From: Haliotis rufescens
Taxonomy: Eukaryota
Direction: 5' to 3'
NCBI RefSeq assembly: GCF_023055435.1
Contig: NW_025964179.1
Location: 558,001 to 622,000, forward strand
DNA length: 64,000 bases
The translations under genes and the position numbers were made by a program. The notes under the pieces were generated by a model. It was not told the DNA's origin. It made no database searches and was given only the letters and a program-made list of their open reading frames with translations. Shown here in pieces: positions 41,501 through 53,500 of the stretch (position 1 is the first letter of the stretch; the number at the start of each line of letters is the position of its first letter).

Positions 41501-44500
41501 CAGACCCAGCTTCTCGGACAGCCCCAGGTGGCAGCACCACAGTTCTTCCTGGCAAGTCAAGCGGCGGCGCAGGCAGCTGCCGTTCAGGGGCAGGCGGCAG
41601 CAGCGTCCGCGGCGGCCAGCTCCCTCGGTGTACAGCAACTTCTCATTCCAGTCTCCACAGGTCAGACTCAGTCAAGTACACTGCACGTTCCTCAAGCTTG
41701 TCCATTTGCCCAAGTCACAGAGAAACAATTGGCTCGGTTGACTCAGTTTTGTGGCTATATCTCTATGTCATATTGTAGTGTCCACAACAAAGGATTTCAC
41801 TATTATGCAATTCTTTGTTTGTAAGTCTTTGTAACTTATCAACTATCCCTCATATAAACACGGAATAAGAGTTGATTCAAGCAGTATCTTGTCGTATTAA
41901 TAGTTGGAATTGGTTTGTTGTTAGATGTTGGTAGATTCCGACTGAGTTGAGAGGGTTCCAGACTTTTTTCTTCTTTTTAAATTTTTAAAAATTTCATTTC
42001 AATTCAGTAGACATATTTATGACATTGGTACATTAGGTATATAAGTGTAGCAATTCATAGTCTTAAAACATGATCAAATATTTTCAAGACTTTCTTTGGC
42101 ACCTTGTTTACATCTGGCCATGAATTGTATACCTAAAATATTTGATTGCAAAATATTAACTGTAACCTATTTAAAAAAATATCTAGCCTCACATATTCCT
42201 GACACAAAATAAGGCTTCACTGAAAGTTTCTACGTGAGTAATCGTTCTGCTTCTCAGCGTTAGAAATTGACACTAGTCCTATAGTCCTTGCCATGCCTAG
42301 CAATAATTAAGGTATTTTAAGGACAAGTCGAAATTTGCCTTTATGGGGGTTTTGCTATATGTTATCATTATAAGGACTAGGGGCGGTCGGGTAGCCTAGT
42401 GGTTAAAGTGTTCGCTCGTCACTCCGAAGACCCGGGTTCGATTCCCGACTTGGGTACAATGTGCGAAGCCCATTTCTGGGGTCCCCCGCCGTGATATTGC
42501 TGAAATATTGCTAAAAGCGGCGTAAAACCATACTCACTCACTCATTATAAGGTCAAGTGGGCTAAAACTGTTAGTTTCTATTGCTATTGCTGTATCTGTT
42601 CTGGTGTAATCCCTGCTTGTTGTAAAGGGACCAATCTGATATCTGGTATCTGCAGTGGCTGGTTGAGAGAAGAAGTCGTACACCCAGGATGAGCTGTGAC
42701 CTGGGCCCTGTTTCACTTAGATATTCTATTGAAAAGAAGCCCTTCATATTACGATAGTCAATCTGTCATGCCATGATTATCTATTGTAATATGAAACAAT
42801 CCGGTGCTTCTTAACATTTTTTTGTCGTTATCTTAAAACAGATACATTGACTTTTGGCAGTCCCAGCACAAGTGCTACTTTGTGGAACAGGTGTCTTGAA
42901 CTGGTGAAGCATCACAATCACACCCTGTGACGTGGATAGACACTATGTGCTGGTAGTGGTTGTTAGTGTGTAATAGATGGCTTGTCAGTGGATTGGTGGT
43001 GACATTATTGACCATCAGTTTGTCACCTGGCTGTTTAGAGTCCTATCCTCGTAAATGGATAGAGTCAGCTGTTTAGAATCATAATCTTGTATATGAATTG
43101 GTGGTGACTCTATTGACCATCGGTTTGTCACCTGTCTGTTTAGTGAATGTTCGTACCTCAGTGATACGGATTGGTGGTGACTCTATTGACCATCGGTTTG
43201 TCACCTGTCTGTTTAGTGAATGTTCGTACCTCAGTGATACGGATTGGTGGTGACTCTATTGACCATCGGTTTGTCACCTGGCTGTTTAGTGAATGTTCGT
43301 ACCTCAGTGATACGGATTGGTGGTGACTCTATTGACCATCGGTTTGTCACCTGGCTGTTTAGTGCAGAGACATACCCTCGTATATGGATTGGTGGTGACA
43401 CTGTAGTCTTGGGGCTGACTATCGTCCTCTTAGCTGGAAATGCTGAAGTCTTGCGGCTGACTATTGTCCTCTTAGCTGGAAATGCTGAAGTCTTGCGGCT
43501 GACTATTGTCCTCTTAGCTGGAAATGCTGAAGTCTTGGGGCTTATTATTGTCCTCTGAACTGGAAATGCTGAAGTCTTGCAGCTGACTATTGTCCTCTGA
43601 GCTGGAAATGCTGAAGTCTTGGGGCTGACTATCGTCCTCTGGAGACTGTAATGGGAATTGATTGGTTCAATGTCTGACCTGATTCTGTGTATTCGTACCC
43701 TGACTCCATGGATCAATGTTCGTGTTATCGACCCCTCTGGTCCTGACTTGATTATTTATAGGCCATAGATATTGCTGGAAGTTGGCTGTGTAAGACATTA
43801 CTCAACATTTATCATCCAAACCTGGCTCCCACCCACAGGTGATATGGCTTGGTTGAGATCAACCGATATCTACATTGCAGACCTTGTAACCTCATTGGTT
43901 ACCATGACGTCACAATCAAATGACATCACTAATGGCTCTGCTACTAATGCTGTTAGCAGTACTTTTTACACTTAAGACACTGCTTATTACTGTCTACAAA
44001 CTGAAAAAGTTGGAAGAATGATGTTGGATGATAAATAATATCTCACCCTTGTGTCTTTTGATATCAAATATATTAACACTCGTCAATAAAGTTTAAAACT
44101 CCTTGGCAAGCCTTTTTAAAACATTTATCGACTCGTGTAGATATATTTGACATCAAAAGAGGCTTGGTTGAGATTCTTCATATACTCACTAGCTTAAGAT
44201 TTGAGAAATATTTATTCTACTTCTCTCTCTTCGAGTCAAAGTATGATGAAACCCTCAATATTATTTTTTTTATATTTAATACATTTAAGTTTTTATATCT
44301 TTTAAATATGTTTGAAAATATATCTTTATGATGAGAGACAGTGATATTATTACATCTTATAACTCACACACCAGCTCACTGATGGACATATTGCGATGTA
44401 TCACTACAGGACTTTGCCACCACATGCAATGTCTAGCACAGCACAAATGTCATTAAGTTCATTCATGTGAATCATTGCAACCATCTTCCCTTTCATCCAC

Positions 44501-47500
44501 AGAAATATTCTCTACCACTAATTTTTCTCTCAAAATCCGTTTCTATCTTTATGGTCAGTGCTCCAGATTTCACAACACGAGCTGATAATTTTGGAATGGT
44601 AATATTCAAGCGGGCGTTTTCTGTGATCCCGACTGTGTCTTTGATCTGGAGATGTTTGCTTTCATTCCCTGGCTCTCAATACAGTTTTTCTTCAAAGACT
44701 TACTTCACAATAGGACATTTGCCTCATTCATTATGCATACGTTGGTGTTCACATTCAGAGGAGACAGTGTCAGATGTGCTGCTTACCAAACAACTCATTG
44801 TCTTGAGATTAAGACTGCTTTGTCAAACATGCCTTGATAATGATGGTGAATAAATGGACATAATCAGTAATTTGTGGAAATAAAGGTCAATAAGTCCATT
44901 ATGGAGGCTTGATGTAGGATTTGTCTCAATATGTTCATTAGCGTTCACTCACTGGGTTCAGCATACGCTGTTGTCTCATTGGCATCACTGTAGGTATTAT
45001 CTCATGGGAAATACAGACTCTATACACTTCAACATCAGAGCTGTAACCTTTAGCTCAAACAAATGTACCGTAAGTCCTTGAAAAAATGTCAGCCTGGGCA
45101 GGCATATGCTTTGATTACAATGAATGAGCACCTGTTGTGAATAAATAATTAGTCAGCTGGCACACATAAGAAATATATGGCTGCCTTGATAATATGCTTT
45201 TCTCTAACTAGTGCCTGCCTAAAATAAATGCCTTCCTTGAACAAAAGCCTAGACAGACATTGGATGGGAAAGAAAAGTTAAATTATTCTCCATTTTCAAA
45301 AATGCTGATGTAAGATCAAAACAGTTTTATTTGGTGATAAAATAGCCAGGACGTTTACATATGCCTGAATGTTTTCTATTTCCGTAATTTGATGGCCCCT
45401 GAAAAATGAGAACACAAACCAATTTGGCCACCTCACACAATGCAGACATTCCTGCCTACACAGGTTATTAGTTTGTTTGTTTGTTGTTTAATGCCACTCC
45501 AGATGTAAATAATGAGGGCAGTCTGTAAATAATCGAGTCTGGACCAGACAACCCTGTGATTGACATCATGAGCATCGATCCACGCAATAGGGATACGATG
45601 ACATGCATGAACCAAGTCCGTGAGCCTGACCACCCGATCCCGTTAGTCGCCTCTTACGACAAGCATAGTTGCCTTTTACGGCAAGCATGTGTTGCGGAAG
45701 ACCTATTCTACCCCGCATCTTCACGGGTGAAATGATTCCTGTTACGGGCGGACATCCGCTAATAGAATGGGTAAAACGGTTTGTTTGTCACAATGTTTTA
45801 TGCAACATAAGTTGAATGAATCTGATGACTAAACAGGGTAAGCATGTATCCTGCCACGGTTATAGTTTGTTGATGTAAAGGTCAAGGTCATAATTCATTT
45901 TATTCCTCCTGTGTTCAATTCAGTCTAGGGGGCATGGGTGGCCCAGTCATCTGTGCAGAGTTGCGTCCCTTGGGCACGCCAGAAACCTATGATTGTGGGT
46001 TTGAATCCCGGTTCGCTCTGATTATGTTTCTAGGTTTGTCAGCACCATACCCGTGCTCGTGGATTTCACCAAAGTGGTAAACGTCTGAGACCTGCATCAC
46101 TTCGGGCTTTCCTCCCACATTAAGCTGACATGCCGTGATATAACTGGAATACTGTTAAAAGCGGCATTAAACCCAACTCACTCACTCAATTCGGTCTAAC
46201 AGGACATTGGTCAGCACTTGCAGGAATCCATATTGGAACAAGTTTTTCACTCTCCCATGTGACTATCACATGTCACAAATGTTATATGTGGGATTACACG
46301 CTTTGTAGAGTACAGATTGTAGTACTTTTTGGATTAAGTCCTGTCCGGGACTCGAACCCACACTCTCAGAGTGAGGCATCTAATCGCAAGCATAAAACTT
46401 CAGCGATCTAACCCACTCAGCCACCAAGGCCTCCACAAAAATGAAAGTCTGACAACTGGTAGTCTAGATCACGTACTTTGTGTACCCCTCTGACAAAGAT
46501 AATTTGGCACGGCTCCAGTGTACAAGCTATGAGTACATGATGCCATTTAGACAGTGAAATGTAACAAATGTTATATTTGGGATTATTCTCTTGGGATTAC
46601 ACTTTGTAAAGTACGGATTCTAGTACTTTTTTTATTGAGAATGTCAAATGTTTGCTTTTGTCTTTAAATCAAAGTCTACATCTAATGTCTGTTAAGCACA
46701 GAATATCCAATGTATTTTGGGTCATATCACTGCTCTGTTGGTGGAGAGTGGTCTGTGGCTTGGAAGGCAGTGTAGATATACCCATAAGATGTTACCTTAA
46801 ATACTGCTGGTCACACTACCATGCACGCACGCACGCACAAACGACGCATGCACTCAGTCTCACACACACACTCTCACTCTCACACACACACTCTCACACA
46901 CACTCACATTCANNNNNNNNNNNNNNNNNNNNNNNNNNNNNNNNNNNNNNNNNNNNNNNNNNNNNNNNNNNNNNNNNNNNNNNNNNNNNNNNNNNNNNNN
47001 NNNNNNNNNNNNNNNNNNNNNNNNNNNNNNNNNNNNNNNNNNNNNNNNNNNNNNNNNNNNNNNNNNNNNNNNNNNNNNNNNNNNNNNNNNNNNNNNNNNN
47101 NNNNNNNNNNNNNNNNNNNNNNNNNNNNNNNNNNNNNNNNNNNNNNNNNNNNNNNNNNNNNNNNNNNNNNNNNNNNNNNNNNNNNNNNNNNNNNNNNNNN
47201 NNNNNNTAAATGCAATTGTCTCAAATGCAATATCAAACCCCATTTCACCTCACCATCAAAAAAATTATATGCTTATTGATATTCCAACTACATAAATATC
47301 ATGAATATCATTTGATAGTTAGCAAGATGAAAATTATTTGGCAAGAAATATCCTGAAGAGATTTACTGGTATTATTATCATTATTGATTACACTTTGCAT
47401 ATTTAGACATACGGTACAGGAGTAATGAAAGGTATTTATGCATTCGTTCATCCGTGCTCCCCTCAGGACCATTTAAAGAGGCTTGCACTCAGGAATCTCG

Positions 47501-50500
47501 ACTGGAACCAAAGAAATCACAACAGCTCCATTTTGTTTCATTGTTACACGCACTGCTGTTACGTACGTTGTTTGCATTACCAACTGCTAATCAATTCTTG
47601 TGTCCTGATCAGCCAGTTGTGATGTCAGTCCCAATGAAACCGGGTAAAACAAGGACGGAGCATCAATGCTGAATCACGACCACGGCTTTTTTAAACTCTT
47701 GAAAAAAAAACATTTCCGACTTTATCTGAGTGGAAATGTATGTTCATGCAAGTGTTATTTTCAGTTTTCATTGTTTATTGTTCTGCTTTATGGCTTTGCC
47801 AAAAACTCTATAGATTTTTCAAACACTATTGTTTCTCTGGCGTTGTTATTGTTGAAGGCAACTTAAATTGATATCGCCCGAGTCAGACACACCTGACTGA
47901 ACTAGAATACAAGCTGGATCAATGCTTCAGTATTTTTGATGGATCAACAGCTATGTCATATAATCAATGTATTATTTTTTTAAGTGTCAGTGTTAGAAGC
48001 TGTCTAAAATACTCACTGTGGCCTAGTCAATGTTGAAGTGGGAACAAACACTGAGAGGGTTTTTAAGGTGTTAATAATGTTCTTAATGTAGAGGTTAATC
48101 CATTTATTAAAAATGAAAATGTGGCATTGAACAAGAAACAAAACAATATCAAAGAAGATTGGCAATGTCAGGTTCTTTGAGCAATGACTATTAAACGTAG
48201 AAGGATGTTACTCCACCGATGACTAGATCTAACCTAAATATGCTGTTTCTTTTGATTTGTAATGCACACACAAGTTTGTTGTGACCTTTGACTTTTTAGG
48301 GTCGCACATGTCACAAGCAGGCTTGTTGAAATTATGTAGAAATGCCAATGTATGATCAGAATATTTTTTATTGCCTTTCCTGGGCTTTGTTTAAATCCAG
48401 CTTGTTATTTGTTGTAAAAAAAGCATCTAAATGCAGATGGTTGTAATGTCAGCCCCAATGAAACGGGGATGGCTGTAATCCTTTACTGCAGGGTAGTATT
48501 TGCTGTGGAGATGTTGCTTCCCAAGGGAGATAATCAGCTTACAAGTAATAACTGCATTGGCCCATAGAAACAAATAGATATCGCTGGGTACTTGCAACCA
48601 GTTTGTTTTGAAAACTCTTTCTCGTTTCTTCATTTCCACTGCTGGCTATTGTGTCAGTGTTGTAGTTCACAATGTGTGCTTTATACACAAGAAGTGACAA
48701 TTGTTTGGTTCCCTTTATAGTATATTCAGCAATTGCTCAAGCAAAGCAGACAAATCATTTTATTTATTTTCTTTGATAAAATAATGTTGCATCTAATGAA
48801 TATAACTGCTAATTTGAATGTGGTATCTGTATTAGGATTTTTAAGATTGGTCAATCCTCTGAACTGTATAGATACCATACTCTACAAAAACATTAACGAT
48901 CAGCGTGCTTACTCAATTCGCATGGGTTTCCCTCAGTCAGGGAGCAATCATTGATTTGTAAGACCTGGCATATTGGCTATGAGCATGATGAAATCAGCAT
49001 TTTTTAACGTATTAAATTAATATTTTTTAACTCACTTAGCTGTGCCAGATCATGGGTTCAAAACTCTCTTTTACACCAATCATGAACCTTTGACTTACGA
49101 ACTCACAAACTAAGCAAACTTGATAAGAGAACTCAATCACTCTGCACTCACCAAGCAAACTCACTCACTCACTCACTCTGCACTCACTAAGCGAACTCAC
49201 TAACTAAGCAAACTCACTCACTCACTCTGCACACACTCAGTGAACTCACTCACTAAGCAAATTCACTAAGCAAACTCACTCACTAAGCAAACTCACTCAC
49301 TCACTCTGCACACACTCAGCGAACTCACTCACTAAGCAAACTCACTCACTCACTAAGCAAATTCACTAAGCAAACTCACTCACTCACTCTGCACTCACTA
49401 AGTGAACTCACTCACTCTGCACTCACTAAGTGAACTCACTCACTAAGCAAACTCACTCACTCACTCTGCACTCACTAAGTGAACTCACTCACTAAGCGAA
49501 CAAACTCACAAAATCACTCATGAACGAAGTCATGAACCAACAATCAAACAAAAATGCTGTCTGCACTTAACATGTAACAGATATATACAATTAAGGTCAA
49601 ATATTCAAGAAACTGAAATCCTCCCCAACCAAGATCACATTACTGAGAGTTAATATCCCATTTGTCTTGTTCATGGTTGACAGTCTGAAGCTGTAAAACC
49701 GAATCTAATTTGTGATACAGAAAAGATTATTAGAGCTGAGGCAATCTGTTGTGATTGAAGGACATTTGATCTGCGAGCAGACAAGTGATTTCCTCCGATT
49801 AATGGCGGTCTGATAACATATGCTGGACCTACTGATCTGGTATTGATTAGCGCTTGGATCTGTGTCGGGGAGGTTTTGTCAGTCGTCAATGAAGCACCAT
49901 TTGTGGACATTGATACAGGCAACACATGGGGAAGTATTCAGTCTTCATGATATCTGTGGGAACAAGGAAGCTTGGGTTGTATTCCCCCCAGGGAGCTGAG
50001 AATGGAAATGGAGTGCACACTGATCCATTGACCGGGGTAATAATGAGTGCCATGAACATTCACTTGGTAAAGGGTAATAGACCGCCTCCATGGTCTAGCG
50101 GTAGAGCGTCCACCGGGAGAGCGGAAGGTCCAGGGTTCGATCCCCGGCCGCATCATACCAAAAGACGTTAAAAGATGGTACTTGTTGTTACCCTGTCTGG
50201 CTCTCGGCATTAAGGGGCTAAAACAAGGACTGGTCGGCTCGGAGTCAGTATACTGTGTCTGAGTGGGGTATTCATGTTAAACTGCGGCATGGTATCTCAG
50301 TGAGCTAGCACTATAAATCAGCATCAGTCCGGACTAGTACAAGCAGCCACACAAACACACACACATGTACATGCACATCGCTTTATAAGTGCTATAATCT
50401 TGGACGCGACGTTAAACCCCATTTCACCTCACCTCATAACTGGACTTTTTTATTATTATTATCATTGTTATCATTATTATTGTGTGATACAACTTTCACT

Positions 50501-53500
50501 GATCGATCATATGATCTGTATACCAACTGTTTCCTGATAATTGATTATCATTCCCATAATCATCTGGTTGATAAATTTAAGAACAATAATAACTTTAATC
50601 ACCATTTTCCGTTAAGATTCATTATACAGATAATAAATATATATTGTGGTGGCACGTGGTCCTGTGTGTGGTGGCACGTGGTCCTGTGCACATTGTACAG
50701 GTCACAAATCAGTCGAAGTTAAGCAACGTCGGTCTCGGAGAGTAGTTGGATGGGTGACCACGTAAAGCAGCTTGACTCCGGAGAGTTTCTAGGGCTTCGG
50801 TCCTGCCCCACACTGAAACACATGTACCACGTGTGGTGTCTCCTTAGGCAAGTGACTTTGTTTGAAATGTTCCTCTGTTCAGCCAGCAGTGAGTGGGTAC
50901 CCGGAAGGATGAGATGGTAATGTGGCTGTTAAAGTTCTAGTGCCTTACAGGCAGCTTTGGTTCATACTCTCCAGGGAGCTGAGAATGAAAATTGAGTGTT
51001 ACCGATCCATTGACTGGGGTAATGATGGTGTCACGCTCAGAACTGCTACATGGAGGCTAGCGCATTAAAAGTGCACATTAATATTGACAACTCCTAATGA
51101 CAGATTTCTATGAGCGAGCAGTGAACACTTAACATACCCTGTCAAGTGAATGTCCCCTTTTCGTATATCTAGTATATCAGTTATTCAGTGTTACAAGTAA
51201 TTCTGTAATGACCATGATGTCACTCTCANNNNNNNNNNNNNNNNNNNNNNNNNNNNNNNNNNNNNNNNNNNNNNNNNNNNNNNNNNNNNNNNNNNNNNNN
51301 NNNNNNNNNNNNNNNNNNNNNNNNNNNNNNNNNNNNNNNNNNNNNNNNNNNNNNNNNNNNNNNNNNNNNNNNNNNNNNNNNNNNNNNNNNNNNNNNNNNN
51401 NNNNNNNNNNNNNNNNNNNNNNNNNNNNNNNNNNNNNNNNNNNNNNNNNNNNNNNNNNNNNNNNNNNNNNNNNNNNNNNNNNNNNNNNNNNNNNNNNNNN
51501 NNNNNNNNNNNNNNNNNGACATATAAATAAATAGAATTGCATCTCCCTGCAAAGATTGAAAGAAATCGAGTTACCCTCCTCACCCCTGCTGCATGTACCA
51601 TTCCGCAGCAAATTGTTCGTCGACGTATCACCTTCCAGCAGCTAACCGCTAACAGCAATTTCTTACACGGCTTGTCTGCCCATCGTATTCTGCTGTAACA
51701 ACAGTCCTGCACAAATCAGTGGTTATAATCAATGAATGACATCAGACCCTGTGTGTAATTCTCATGCTTTTCCAGGTGTGCCAGTCACACTTCTCGTGGC
51801 GCTTTCAAGGCAGCTGCCAAGGAGTGCCGACGACGGAATCTGCAGGTGTATTGACTGACACTGCCTGAAAGTATGGGATAAATTAATTATATCCTGTCCC
51901 AGAGATAAAAACAGTTCGATGTTGTATAATGCTCACTGACACTCAAATGTATCCTTTTGGGCATTGTTCTTTGGGATTTCAGGTTAGATTAGATTCCCAC
52001 GAAGCCATGCTTGTCATTTGAGCAACTGAGTGGACTAGGTTTTCAAGACTGGGTGGTCAGACTCGGTGATTTGATATTGAGGACTATTTCTGAGGATTGT
52101 TTGGTCACAATGCCTTACCAAGCTGATAGCTGTCATCTTGCCATGACGTGTTTCTGAAGAATAATTTAAGGATTGAATATGGTCAGACTACTGTGAGACA
52201 TAATGTTTCCCAGCTTGCTGATATTGTATTGATTACCCACATGGGGATTCCAGGTGTGAATTGGTCACCTGCAACCTTGCTGGTTGTAAGAAATGACGGA
52301 AAGGATGGGGTGCAGAATTGACATACATCTTAAAACGTGAGGCAGACAGAAAATGGGTTTTTATCAATCTCATTCAAATCAGATCTAAGTTCTCGCTGCC
52401 GCTAAACAAAGACCTGAGGACATCCCGTTACGGGTCACGTCAGAACAAACTTTCCCGAACTTTGACTAACCACTGAAATGAATAACAAGAAGTCGACATC
52501 AGCCAATTAGAAAGCAGCTTTCTCGTGCTTTACGGCACAGGTTTCAACCTGGCGACTTCCATTTCCGACTACGCTTGAAAAACATGTTGACACAGTTCTC
52601 GATAAACATTTTGGAAACTGAACAAACGAGCTCTCCAGAATGTCTAATATATGGTTGAGATTGTATGGCAGTGCTTCCCATGTACTGTGCAACGCCTCCT
52701 CTGTTCAAATGTTTATCACAAGGAATCGAGTGATAGACGATAATTTTGACGGAATCAGTCGTATGGGCCATAAGTGTCGTTCGGGAATACCTTGTGTTAA
52801 TGTTTTTGAGGTTGCATGATTAGAAAACACATTCCGACTGTCACTTTCATGATCTGGTAAGCGACGCTTTGATTGGTTGGATGAAAGGTCGTTTTGACGT
52901 GACCCGTAATGGGATGTCTTCAGATTTTTGTTTAGCTATAGCGAGAACTAAGATCTGATTTTATGAGATTGGGTTTTTATCCACTTGAATTAAATTTACT
53001 AGGATTGGCAGTCAGGCTGAGCCAAGTCCCCCCTTAAAGTAGCATCTGAGCCAAGTCCCCCTTAAAGAAGCATCTGAGCCAAGTCCCCCTTAAAGTAGCA
53101 TCTGAGCCAAGTCCCCCTTAAAGTAGCATCTGAGCCAAGTCCCCCTTAAAGTAGCATCTGAGCCAAGTCCCCCTTAAAGTAGCATCTGAGCCAAGTCCCC
53201 CCTTAAAGTAGCATCTGAGCCAAGTCCCCCCTTAAAGTAGCATCAGCAGTGAGTCTCAAGTTATGAATTGTATGTATTATATTATATGGGCTATATTTAT
53301 TCATTTATTATATATTATATAAGTATTATTTTGGTAACACGTTATGAATGTGTCCATTACCATGGTTGTATTTTGTAGTATAAACTTGAATATATAAGCC
53401 AATGATTTGGAGGACGTTTTTGTTGATTATTTATTGATCCTTGGTGGTTACGGTTATGAAAGTGGCATTCATTATGTATGTACATAACATCTAACTGATA

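Noticed and set aside
44400-44860. 128 aa plus-strand ORF, or a possible decayed RTE-like reverse transcriptase fragment on the minus strand
   Set aside because: Only vague similarity (SCCEIWS versus YGCETWT) with stops in all minus frames; needs a tBLASTx or HMM search.
50714-50760. 5S rRNA gene
   Set aside because: Only the internal control region is present; both 5S termini and the oligo-T terminator are missing.
46652-51712. ORFs containing long X runs
   Set aside because: Artefacts of the two N gaps.
51776-51845. Candidate extra exon (ttttccag|GTGTGCC...CTGCAG|gtgtat)
   Set aside because: 70 nt is not frame-preserving between phase-1 exons, the donor is weak and the peptide is not POU6-like. 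A poison exon cannot be excluded.
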